Shown here: positions 19,341 to 28,004 of the stretch, in pieces
How positions within the stretch are numbered: position 1 is the stretch's first letter
How the letters are laid out: each line of letters opens with the position of its first letter
The notes under the pieces: generated by a model
What the model saw: only the letters and a program-made list of their open reading frames with translations
Told to the model about the DNA's origin: nothing
The model's database searches: none
Made by a program: the position numbers and the translations under genes
DNA from: an uncultured Mycoplasma sp.
GTDB lineage: Bacteria; Bacillota_I; Bacilli_A; RF39; UBA660
NCBI GenBank assembly: GCA_947646115.1
Contig: CANSFH010000003.1
Span: 16,078 to 80,077 of the forward strand
DNA length: 64,000 nucleotides
Direction: 5' to 3'

Positions 19341-19579
19341 GAGATGCCAGTGGTGTTTATCCTCAAGTCCAATTAAATTTTTTTTAAATTAAAATAGACT
19401 GGAGGTGATGTCCGTATGTTTAAGGAGAAAGATGGAATATTTGGTTATTCTAGTTGTACTATTAGTACTTATTCTTCCTTCAAAGAAAGACAGATAACAA
19501 AAGAACACCATATCAGTTTTGATAAGGTGTTCATTAAACCCAATTTGGACTAGAGAACACCAATAGGCATCTCTTTTTT
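19341..19579 (+). other. candidate type I toxin mRNA with 5'-3' end pairing
   Basis: 19341-19372 pairs with 19545-19573: GAGAUGCC/GGCAUCUC, then AGUGGUGUU/AACACCAAU (8 of 9), then CUCAAGUCCAA/UUGGACUAGAG (10 of 11). The helix is followed by UUUUUUA. It encloses two SD-led small ORFs and an internal hairpin at 19503-19532. Confidence 0.45.
19432..19497 (+). CDS. candidate type I toxin peptide, 21 aa (MEYLVILVVLLVLILPSKKDR)
   Basis: AAGGAGA Shine-Dalgarno 4 nt before the ATG at 19432. A single hydrophobic helix is followed by a basic tail. An in-frame upstream ATG at 19408 would give 29 aa, but its GGAGG is only 2 nt away. Confidence 0.35.
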   Translation: MEYLVILVVLLVLILPSKKDR

Positions 19580-19607
19580 ATGTCCTACAGAAAGTTTTTT
19601 TCTTTCT
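19497..19607 (-). ncRNA. candidate antisense (antitoxin) RNA overlapping the 3' end of the toxin mRNA
   Basis: Minus-strand promoter TTGCAT (19643-19638), 18-nt spacer, TATAAT (19619-19614). Minus-strand terminator GAACACC-N16-GGUGUUC (19532-19503) followed by UUUUGUU. The predicted RNA of about 110 nt is fully complementary to 19497-19579 of the plus transcript. Confidence 0.35.
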
Positions 19608-19721
19608 AGTTATATTATATACTCTTTTTAATACAAAATGCAAGAAAAACTTATATACTATAAATACTTTTATTATTTAATTCAATTATTAGCTTTATAT
19701 AAATAATTATTTGCCTCTTTA

Positions 19722-20825
19722 TTATTTTATAATACTTGTTGGTATTCTTTTTCTAGTTAAAACCTCATTATATATTTTGGTATGATGCCTTTTTTCACGT
19801 TTAGATAATTGAGGCAGCGCATCTAACGGAAGGAATCTTGAATGTTGGTACTCGCAAATTGTAACTTTGTCCGGTTTTATTTGTGATAATATATTTAATG
19901 TTTCTTTTATATCATCAATAGTTTCTGTTGGTAATCCCGATATGATTGTTAAAACAAAATTTCTTGGATAAAATCTTGATATATATCTTATAAAATCAAT
20001 AACTTCTTCTTTTGTATATCCTTTTTTAATCATTTCTAAAAGTCTATTACTAGCTGTTTCTAAACTTGCAAAAACAGTATTTAATTTTGTACTTAAAGCT
20101 AAAGCATCTTCTAAATGATATTTTATTGCATCTTTAAATGCTAAACCAGATATATCTAATTGTTTTATATTTGGCTGTTTTTCTATCAGTTCAATTATTT
20201 CTGGAAGTATGGGTTTATTATATAAATCTAAACCACATTGAGACAAATTAGTAGCTATTAGTGTTACTTTTCTAAATTCACTTTCATTAAAGAAATCAAT
20301 AAAATATTTAATTGATTCTAAATCAAGACTTTTTAAAGGATAACTTTGATAGGTTACTTTACAAAAAGCACAATTATTGAGACAACCATTACCAACATAA
20401 AAATCTACTGTACCATCTTCTTTACTATAAAAGCATGCTCCAAAAGCATCACTAATCCTATCAGAAAAAATATCAGAAATTGTTTGTAATATTAGATTAG
20501 GCTCGTTATGAGGTATAATATAGTCTATATTGTTGTCCATCCACAATTTAATATTATGAGAAAATTCTTCATCTTTAAAAGGTCGTGTAAAACATCCTGT
20601 AAGTATTGATATAGCATCTTTTTTCATCTTACTTATACACTTATTTATATAATTACCAATATAATTAATTTTATTTTCCGTACAAGCGCAAGTACCTGCA
20701 AATACTACAATATCAGCTTCACTTATATCTTCTGTTAGTATAAAATGTCTCTCTAAATTATTTCTAATATAATCATATTGATAATTAAAATCACAACTAA
20801 AATCTTCACTAATAAATATTTTCAT
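19722..20825 (-). CDS. radical SAM enzyme, methylthiotransferase-like (UPF0004 N-domain + radical SAM core, no TRAM domain)
   Basis: GCLNNCAFC matches CxxxCxxC. The N-terminal domain has three spaced Cys (FSCDF, GTCACT, TGCFT) and ADIVVFAGTCA, like the MiaB/RimO/MtaB N-domain. At 367 aa it ends without a TRAM-like segment. Confidence 0.75.
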   Translation of the reverse strand: MKIFISEDFSCDFNYQYDYIRNNLERHFILTEDISEADIVVFAGTCACTENKINYIGNYINKCISKMKKDAISILTGCFTRPFKDEEFSHNIKLWMDNNIDYIIPHNEPNLILQTISDIFSDRISDAFGACFYSKEDGTVDFYVGNGCLNNCAFCKVTYQSYPLKSLDLESIKYFIDFFNESEFRKVTLIATNLSQCGLDLYNKPILPEIIELIEKQPNIKQLDISGLAFKDAIKYHLEDALALSTKLNTVFASLETASNRLLEMIKKGYTKEEVIDFIRYISRFYPRNFVLTIISGLPTETIDDIKETLNILSQIKPDKVTICEYQHSRFLPLDALPQLSKREKRHHTKIYNEVLTRKRIPTSIIK

Positions 20826-20899
20826 AAAATCCCCTTATTTGAACTTTAAAAGTTCTAAATTAAGGAACATTTTAACATATATTTAAATTTAAATCTAGA

Positions 20900-22084
20900 C
20901 TAAATAATATTTTTATAAAAAATTATTTTAAAGCTTGTATATTTACCGACTTCACTTGTAACTTCAATACTTCCGTTTTGCTTTTCAAAAATAAGTTTAG
21001 CCATATTAAGACCTATTCCCACACTATTTTTAGAACTATTAGTGCTATAAAATCTTTTAAAAATGTTTTTAATATCACTTTCTTTAATACCTTTACCATT
21101 ATCTTTAATAGTTATAGCTTTATATAAAGGATTATTTTCGCCTGTAATTTTAATCGTTCCCTTATTATCTAAATGTTCAATAGCATTTTTTATAATATTA
21201 GTAAAAGCTTCTTTTGTCCAATTTATATCACAGTTTAAATTAAAGTTTAAATTTTCTATTACAAGTTCAATATTTTTTAATTCTATAGATATATTTAAAG
21301 GTTCTAAAGAACTAGCAATTAAATCATAAGCTCTAATATTTTCTTTTTTGAGGATAGCTGAACCACTATCAAGTTTACTATATTTAAGAAGAGTTGTAAT
21401 AAGCCATTCCATACGTTCTAATTCTTTAGTTTCTTTATTTAAAAATTCTCTATATTCTGTTTCAGATAAATTACTGGATTTTAAGATATCATTAGTAAGC
21501 ATTAAAGCTGTTAGTGGTGTTTTTAATTGATGTGAAATATCTTCTAGAGTATTCATTAAATATACTTGTTCATTTCTCTCATATTCAGTAAGTTCTTTTA
21601 ACTTAATGGTTACTTTATAAATATCATTTTTTAAGATGGATAATTCATCTTCATTATAATCAGCTATGTTAAGCTCGTAGGAGCCTTGTAAGATTTTATT
21701 TAAATAACTATTAATAGTAATTATTTCTTTCTTCATTTTTAAATTATGTAATAAAAAATAAAGAGCGAAAATAGATACTATAATTAAATAGATAGATGTG
21801 GTAATAATAATTGTATTTAATTGCACTTTCCTAATATGAGATATTTCTGTTAAAGTTTTAGAGTTAATGCCGTATTTTGGTAAAACATTAAGAGTATTAT
21901 TACTATAGATAATTGTATCTAATATAGCGTCTTCACTTTCTGGATATTTTTCAATTAGATTACTAGTAATGTTATTAAGAGTTCTAAATAAATAATTTTC
22001 ATATGTTTTAGAAATAGTGATATTAAGTATTATTAAAAGAATAAAAGTTATAGTTATTAAAATAAAATATTTTTTAGTTTTCAT
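20900..22084 (-). CDS. sensor histidine kinase (two TM helices with a loop of about 65 aa between them)
   Basis: H-box EDISHQLKTPLTAL, N-box IKNAIEH, G-boxes DNGKGI and GIGLNMA. Confidence 0.85.
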   Translation of the reverse strand: MKTKKYFILITITFILLIILNITISKTYENYLFRTLNNITSNLIEKYPESEDAILDTIIYSNNTLNVLPKYGINSKTLTEISHIRKVQLNTIIITTSIYLIIVSIFALYFLLHNLKMKKEIITINSYLNKILQGSYELNIADYNEDELSILKNDIYKVTIKLKELTEYERNEQVYLMNTLEDISHQLKTPLTALMLTNDILKSSNLSETEYREFLNKETKELERMEWLITTLLKYSKLDSGSAILKKENIRAYDLIASSLEPLNISIELKNIELVIENLNFNLNCDINWTKEAFTNIIKNAIEHLDNKGTIKITGENNPLYKAITIKDNGKGIKESDIKNIFKRFYSTNSSKNSVGIGLNMAKLIFEKQNGSIEVTSEVGKYTSFKIIFYKNII

Positions 22085-22748
22085 TTGCTTTATACCCTAG
22101 TCCTCGTACAGTTAAAATTATTTTAGGATTGGTTGGATCTTCCTCTATTTTTTCACGTATTCTTTTAATATATACTGTAAGAGTATTATCATTAACATAT
22201 GCTTCATCAGTATCCCATATTTCAGCTAGAATAGTATCTCGAGTGTAAACCATTCCAGGATGCATAAACATAATTAATAAAATTTTATATTCTAAAGCAG
22301 TTAAAAATACCTTTTTATTATCTTTATATACACTTGCATCAGTTAAATTAATAGTAATATTTTTTATAGTTAATGTGCTTTTATTTTCAGTTTTATTTAC
22401 TCTTCTTAAAACGGAATTAATTCGGCTTATCAATTCTCTAGTTTTAAAAGGTTTAGTTATATAATCGTCCGCGCCTTTATCTAGAGCTTCTACAGTAGTT
22501 GTTTCAAAGTCATTAGCAGTTAAAAAAATGGTTGGGATATCTTTATGTTTAATTTGGTTAAATAAGTCAAGGCCATTATAATCAGGGAGATTTATATCTA
22601 AAAGTAATAAATCTATTGCATTATTAGCGATTTTATTTAAGGCTTCCTCACCATTATTTGCTTGTAATACTTTAAAGTTTTCTTTTTCTAAACAAAAACT
22701 TAAGCCACTTAATATTGTAGTATCATCTTCAACTAATAAAATAGTCAT
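22074..22748 (-). CDS. OmpR-family response regulator
   Basis: Receiver domain (LLVEDD, LLLDINLPDYNG, K in ITKPF) plus a winged-helix output domain (LTALEYKILL...TVRGLGY). Confidence 0.9.
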   Translation of the reverse strand: MTILLVEDDTTILSGLSFCLEKENFKVLQANNGEEALNKIANNAIDLLLLDINLPDYNGLDLFNQIKHKDIPTIFLTANDFETTTVEALDKGADDYITKPFKTRELISRINSVLRRVNKTENKSTLTIKNITINLTDASVYKDNKKVFLTALEYKILLIMFMHPGMVYTRDTILAEIWDTDEAYVNDNTLTVYIKRIREKIEEDPTNPKIILTVRGLGYKANEN

Positions 22749-22807
22749 AATATCACCTAAATAAAGTATAACATTTTAAGGGTGTATTTGCTATTACAAT
22801 TTAGTCA

Positions 22808-23737
22808 TTATTTTAATCTTCTGACGCGATAACCCATACTTTCTAGCTCTTGATAAAAAGATTCATAATTTTCTTTTTTTATTTTAAAATAATTATCAAG
22901 CATTTTATCAACGATATTTTCCAATTCAGCTAATTCAAAATCACAAATACTTTGCTTGTAATATAAATGTTTTACTCTATCGCAATACTGATTAAAAGCA
23001 CTAACTCCTAAACTTTTTTCTAACATATTATGATTACCACTTATCAAAGATTCAAGAATTAAAGGATATAATGAATTATAAAAATATTCAACAAGGTAAG
23101 ATTTATCTTCATACTTTTGAGGTAATTTAAAGCGACTTAAACTTTCAGGGATAACTCCACCTATTCTGATGTATTCTTCTAAAACTTTTGTAGCAATAAA
23201 ATCACTTATTAATTCCATCGTTTCGGTATTAGGAAAACCATGAGATACTATTAATCTATCCTCTGTTAAACATAAAACGCTTATCAAAAGTGCATGTGTT
23301 AGTTCATGAATAATAGTCTTTAGGTCAATCACAAAAATGGAAAGCAAGACAACCTTTTTATGTTTTAATACTTTATTAGAATCGTACTCTAATACATTAG
23401 TAAATAGTGCACTATCTTCTTCAAGAAATTGGGTAATTTGAGCATTTTCGTAATGACTTTTTAATTTTTGTCTTAAATACTCATTATATTTTTGATATTC
23501 ATTTCCTACTTTATATAAAGGACTATTTTTAGGCATCGCTAAAGGATGAAATAAATAATATTCTGGAATAAAATAAACAAAATTAAGATTAGTTAATGTA
23601 AATGATATGTAATCTTTGTGTCCTTCAAATATATTAACAAAAGCTTGAATAAGTTTAGGCATAATAATTCTAATGGCGTTATCTAACTCCCCAGTATATT
23701 TTCTATTGTAACCTTTAATACTATCAAACTGTACCAT
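22808..23737 (-). CDS. hypothetical HExxH protein (putative metallopeptidase)
   Basis: IIHELTHALL motif. The ATG at 23737 is preceded by AAGGTG. The track start at 23746 is the GTG inside that Shine-Dalgarno. Confidence 0.5.
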   Translation of the reverse strand: MVQFDSIKGYNRKYTGELDNAIRIIMPKLIQAFVNIFEGHKDYISFTLTNLNFVYFIPEYYLFHPLAMPKNSPLYKVGNEYQKYNEYLRQKLKSHYENAQITQFLEEDSALFTNVLEYDSNKVLKHKKVVLLSIFVIDLKTIIHELTHALLISVLCLTEDRLIVSHGFPNTETMELISDFIATKVLEEYIRIGGVIPESLSRFKLPQKYEDKSYLVEYFYNSLYPLILESLISGNHNMLEKSLGVSAFNQYCDRVKHLYYKQSICDFELAELENIVDKMLDNYFKIKKENYESFYQELESMGYRVRRLK

Positions 23738-23797
23738 TAAAATCACCTTGATTTAATCATTATAAAATAATTTGAGTTTTTTGCCAAGAAAAAATCT

Positions 23798-24340
23798 TTA
23801 GTTTGTAACCAAAGATTTCTTTTTACAGTGTTCATATATATAGTTGGTGGTCTTACAATCATCTACACTTCTATGAGAACCATAATCTAATTTAAAATAA
23901 TGTTTTAATGTTTCTAGTTTATAGTTATAAGCTTTAGGAATATATCTTTTAGCTAAATCTATAGTATCAATATTTTTATTTTTAATAATAGGCATATTTA
24001 ACCTTTTTAAATTCTCTTCAATAAAACTTAAATCAAAACTCGAATTATGAGCGATTAATGTTAAGTCTTTTATAAATGATAAAAATTCAGGTAAAACTGT
24101 TTCAATAGTTGGTTTATCTTCTAAATCAGCACTGCTTAAACCTGTAATTCTAGTTATAACTTCAGGTAGTGGCACTTCAGGATTTATTAAAACACTAAAT
24201 TCTCCTACTAATTTATTATTTTTATATTTTAAGGCTCCTATTTCAATAATTTTATTAGTTATAGGATCTAAACCTGTAGTTTCTAAATCAAAAACTACGT
24301 AGTCATCAACAAAGTTTGTTTCTTTATTTAAATATATCAT
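23798..24340 (-). CDS. DnaQ-like 3'-5' exonuclease (DEDDh)
   Basis: Exo I VVFDLETTGLD, Exo II AHNSSFDLSFI, Exo III HRSVDDC. 4-nt overlap with engB. Confidence 0.8.
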   Translation of the reverse strand: MIYLNKETNFVDDYVVFDLETTGLDPITNKIIEIGALKYKNNKLVGEFSVLINPEVPLPEVITRITGLSSADLEDKPTIETVLPEFLSFIKDLTLIAHNSSFDLSFIEENLKRLNMPIIKNKNIDTIDLAKRYIPKAYNYKLETLKHYFKLDYGSHRSVDDCKTTNYIYEHCKKKSLVTN

Positions 24341-24915
24341 ATTAATTCCTTTATGACTTCATATACTTCGTCTTTACCCTTTTTAGTTATAGTAGAAAAA
24401 GTTATAAAGTCTTCACTTTCTAATTTTAATGTATCTTTTATTAATTTATTTTGTTTATCTCGAGCATTTTTCTTAATTTTATCAAATTTAGTCGCAACAA
24501 TCTTAATATTTAAATTATAAAATTTTAAAAATTCATACATTAAGACATCATCTTCAGTTGGTTTATGACGGTAATCTATAAGTAAGAAAACACACTTTAA
24601 GTTATCACGACTTTTAATATATTCTTCAATCATAACACCAAATTTTTTTTGACGGTCATGAGAAACAGAAGCGTATCCATAACCGGGAACATCAACAAAG
24701 TAAAAGCTGTTATTTATCAGATAAAAATTCAAAGTTTGAGTTTTACCTGGTTTAGAAGAAGTATGAGCGAAATTTTTACGATTAATAAGGGTATTAATAA
24801 AACTTGATTTTCCAACATTACTACGCCCTACTAATAAAAATTCAGGTAATTTTTCTTCTGGATATTGACTGGTTCTAACAGCCATAGTAGTTAATTCTAC
24901 ATTATCTATTTGCAT
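24337..24915 (-). CDS. engB: ribosome biogenesis GTPase YsxC/EngB
   Basis: GRSNVGKSS, DVPGYG and TKFDK motifs. Confidence 0.9.
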   Translation of the reverse strand: MQIDNVELTTMAVRTSQYPEEKLPEFLLVGRSNVGKSSFINTLINRKNFAHTSSKPGKTQTLNFYLINNSFYFVDVPGYGYASVSHDRQKKFGVMIEEYIKSRDNLKCVFLLIDYRHKPTEDDVLMYEFLKFYNLNIKIVATKFDKIKKNARDKQNKLIKDTLKLESEDFITFSTITKKGKDEVYEVIKELI

Positions 24916-25019
24916 AATTTTTTCACCTGTTACTATTATATTATATTTTTTTTAATTTTGCAAATTTCTCTAATATTCAAGTAGACCCAGAATATTATTA
25001 TATAGATAGGAGGAATACT

Positions 25020-25391
25020 ATGCATAACATAAATTTAGAAGGATTTCCTCCTAGTTTAGATCCTCAAGTCTTTGCCTTTTTAGCAGTTTTAATAGGTTCA
25101 GCTTGCGTTGGAGATTATACAGCAAACGAACAAAATAGTTTTGGTAACTGGTTAATTTTGGTAGGACAATTCATTTTAACAACCGCAGCTCAACAACAAT
25201 TAATTGAAGCAAGATTAGAATCTAACAATATAAATATTAATAGTAAAGAACATAAAAATGGTGGTAGTTATTACTCTAATAATAGTAAAAGTAATCAAAC
25301 TCAAAGACCAGAAGTAGATTTTTTACTGGATGCTGTAGAAAAACTTCAAAGAGAACTAAATAACTTAAAAAACCAAAAAGAAAAAGGTTAA
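25020..25391 (+). CDS. hypothetical protein
   Basis: GGAGG Shine-Dalgarno. Hydrophobic N-terminal half and a Q/N/S-rich C-terminal half. No family recognised. Confidence 0.5.
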   Translation: MHNINLEGFPPSLDPQVFAFLAVLIGSACVGDYTANEQNSFGNWLILVGQFILTTAAQQQLIEARLESNNININSKEHKNGGSYYSNNSKSNQTQRPEVDFLLDAVEKLQRELNNLKNQKEKG

Positions 25392-25552
25392 CCTCTATGG
25401 TTATACCTCGTTTTTATAATCTTTTCTTCATCATAATAATTAGAGTTTCCTCTTTCACTATGACCAAATTCGTTTAAGAGACCAAATTTTAAATATTCAA
25501 TCTTATTTGACGAATCTTGATATCCTTCATAATAACGGTTAACTTCTTTCAT
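25388..25552 (-). CDS. small hypothetical protein, 54 aa
   Basis: My own translation: MKEVNRYYEGYQDSSNKIEYLKFGLLNEFGHSERGNSNYYDEEKIIKTRYNHRG. GGTGAG Shine-Dalgarno. It lies 38 nt downstream of the PBP gene, and its 3' end overlaps the convergent ORF by 4 nt. Confidence 0.3.
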   Translation of the reverse strand: MKEVNRYYEGYQDSSNKIEYLKFGLLNEFGHSERGNSNYYDEEKIIKTRYNHRG

Positions 25553-25590
25553 AATCTCACCTGTTATTATTATGGATTTCTATTTTTAAA

Positions 25591-27687
25591 TTATGTAGCT
25601 TTTAAGGTTATTTCTAATTTTTTCTTTAAATCTATTACTGAATCAGGTTCAATATTAAAACTTTCAACTGTTCCAAAGCCATCAAAAGTATATTTTAAAC
25701 CTATTAAATTACAGAAATTCATTACTTCACTACTACTCCATCCTTTAATATTTGGCATAGTATATTCATTACTATCTGTTAAAAGGAATACTTTGCTTCC
25801 CTTTAGAACTTCGGTATTTTTTAAAGGATATTGATTAATAATTTTAGTCCCATTACCGATAGATATAGGAATTAGAGATTGTCTTTCTAGTGATTTAGTT
25901 GTTTCTACTGTATCACTACTAATATAATTATTTAAAGATATAACTTTAGATGTATCTAACTCTGTATCATCTTTTGTTAAATGCGCATAATTAGCAATAC
26001 TCTCAATTGCTTTAGTAACAACTTTAGCAACAGCACTTGCACCACCATCAATTTGCTTTGCTGAAACATAAAATATATATTCTGGATCTTCGTAAGGAAA
26101 AATCCCCGCAAATGAACGTATGTAATTAATATCACCAGTTAAATATCCGCCTGAACCCGCAATTTGAGCTGTTCCTGTTTTTCCTGCTACAGTGACATTT
26201 TTAGTTTGCCAAGCTTTGGTAACGCCATTATATACAACATCATACATTAATTCATTAATTTTCTTTACAGAATTACTAGAAACTTTTTTACCCAGTTCTG
26301 TACGTTTACCTTCGTATGTAACATTTCCTTTTTCATCAACTATTTTATCAACTATATAAGGTTTTATCATTACACCATCATTAGTAATAGTTGTTAGAGC
26401 CTGAAGCATTTGAATAGGTGTCGTAGTGATACCTTGCCCAAATGATGCACTAGCTAGTTCAGATTCATAAGTAAGTCTTATAATCCCAGGTTCTTCTCCA
26501 GGCAGTTCAATACCAGTTTTAGAGCCAAATCCTAATGAAGTATAAAATTCACGTAATTTTTTATTGCCTAATTCTAAAGCTAAATTAGTCGCAGCAACAT
26601 TGGATGAATAAGCGAACCCTTTATCATAACTAATTTTTCCCCATCCAACATTATTAAAGTCTTTAATGGTAGCTCCTTTAATAACTTTACTACCTGACAT
26701 AAATTCTTTATTGCCATCATATATACCATTTTCCATAGCAGCGAGCCATGAAAATATTTTCATAGTAGATCCTGGTTCATAAGTATATCCAACTAAAGGA
26801 TTAACATAATTTTTTAAGCCTTCTAAAGTATTAGGATTAAAGTTAGGACTAGAGGTTGAGCCTACAATTGCTCCGGTTTTAGCATTCATGACTGTAAATG
26901 TAAACCAAGAAAAAGTATTATTTTCTTCTAAAGTATGAGTAGCATCTTCTAATATTAATTGGATTTGCGAATCGAGAGTAAGATAAATGTCACTACCACT
27001 TATAGGTTCGGTAGTATAAGCATCTCCCATTTGGTAGCCATAAGCATCACGTTGGTATTCAGTTTCGCCATCTGTTCCTTTTAATATTTCGTTATAGTAT
27101 CCTTCAATACCCATTTCGCCAACTATTTCACCTTCGTCATTAGCTTTGGCATATCCTACTATATAGGAAGCCATTTTTGATTTTTTATAGTATCTTTTGT
27201 TTCCTTCAATAAAATCTATACCAGGTAAAGCTAAAGCTTCTATGTCTACTTTTTTATTTTCAGATAAATTTTTGCCAGCAACACCAAATTCTACTTGATA
27301 AACATTAGGAATATTTAGACGGCCTAAAATATACTCATAATCAGCATTTAATACTTTAGCTAGTTCTTTAGCCGTAGTTTCTTTATCAACAACATGTTTG
27401 GGATTTTCAGGATTAGTTGTACGAGATTCACTCAAGTAGGCAATTAAAGTATATGAGTTAGCATTACTAGCGATTAAATCACCAGATACATCATAAATAT
27501 TTCCACGTGAGGCATAAAGTGTTTTTTTTACAGTATTACGGTTATTAGCAAATTCTGTTAAGTTAATTCCATCAACATTACTTGACATTGCTACATATAT
27601 AAGTTTACAAGCAGCCATTAAAAAAGAGAAAAAAAAGATCAGAATAAAAAATGCACTTATTTTAACTCTTGATCTCTTTCTTCTCAT
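25591..27687 (-). CDS. class B penicillin-binding protein (PBP2B/SpoVD/FtsI type) with C-terminal PASTA region
   Basis: STMK (SxxK), SSN and KTGTA motifs, with an N-terminal membrane anchor. Position after ftsL. Confidence 0.9.
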   Translation of the reverse strand: MRRKRSRVKISAFFILIFFFSFLMAACKLIYVAMSSNVDGINLTEFANNRNTVKKTLYASRGNIYDVSGDLIASNANSYTLIAYLSESRTTNPENPKHVVDKETTAKELAKVLNADYEYILGRLNIPNVYQVEFGVAGKNLSENKKVDIEALALPGIDFIEGNKRYYKKSKMASYIVGYAKANDEGEIVGEMGIEGYYNEILKGTDGETEYQRDAYGYQMGDAYTTEPISGSDIYLTLDSQIQLILEDATHTLEENNTFSWFTFTVMNAKTGAIVGSTSSPNFNPNTLEGLKNYVNPLVGYTYEPGSTMKIFSWLAAMENGIYDGNKEFMSGSKVIKGATIKDFNNVGWGKISYDKGFAYSSNVAATNLALELGNKKLREFYTSLGFGSKTGIELPGEEPGIIRLTYESELASASFGQGITTTPIQMLQALTTITNDGVMIKPYIVDKIVDEKGNVTYEGKRTELGKKVSSNSVKKINELMYDVVYNGVTKAWQTKNVTVAGKTGTAQIAGSGGYLTGDINYIRSFAGIFPYEDPEYIFYVSAKQIDGGASAVAKVVTKAIESIANYAHLTKDDTELDTSKVISLNNYISSDTVETTKSLERQSLIPISIGNGTKIINQYPLKNTEVLKGSKVFLLTDSNEYTMPNIKGWSSSEVMNFCNLIGLKYTFDGFGTVESFNIEPDSVIDLKKKLEITLKAT

Positions 27688-27700
27688 ATTTTAATCTCCT

Positions 27701-28000
27701 TTAGTCACTAATTGTTTTAATGTTATTATTATTATAAGACAAACCTGATGAACTTGCAATATCTTGAATGTTATCAATTGAGGCTAATTCATCAATCTGC
27801 ATACCTAAAGCTTCATTAGTGTTGTTTTGTTTTTCAATTTTCATTTTTATTTTTTCAAGTTCAATATTGGTTTCAGATAGTAGAGCTTTAGTATAAATCC
27901 AAGAAAATGGTAAAACTAAAAAGCCAAAGAAAACAATTAAGAAAAACATTAATTTTTCTCCTTTTAATAATTTTACTCTCTTTACTTTTTTAGTTCTCAT
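27701..28000 (-). CDS. ftsL: cell division protein FtsL
   Basis: 99 aa, with a single TM plus a short coiled coil. Position between rsmH and the PBP gene. Confidence 0.65.
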   Translation of the reverse strand: MRTKKVKRVKLLKGEKLMFFLIVFFGFLVLPFSWIYTKALLSETNIELEKIKMKIEKQNNTNEALGMQIDELASIDNIQDIASSSGLSYNNNNIKTISD

Positions 28001-28004
28001 TTTG

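Noticed and set aside
19416-19553. 45-aa hydrophilic ORF (MFKEKDGIFGYSSCTISTYSSFKERQ...) as a RiPP precursor for the neighbouring radical SAM enzyme
   Set aside because: The orientation is convergent rather than co-directional with the radical SAM gene. No leader/core logic, protease or dedicated exporter arrangement is evident. The RNA architecture (5'-3' helix, antisense promoter and terminator) fits a type I TA-like module better. It is kept only as a possible mok-like overlapping frame.
25517-25834. Plus-strand 105-aa ORF overlapping the 3' end of the PBP gene
   Set aside because: It overlaps a well-supported PBP coding region and the SD-led 54-aa minus-strand ORF. Its composition is typical of an antisense frame.
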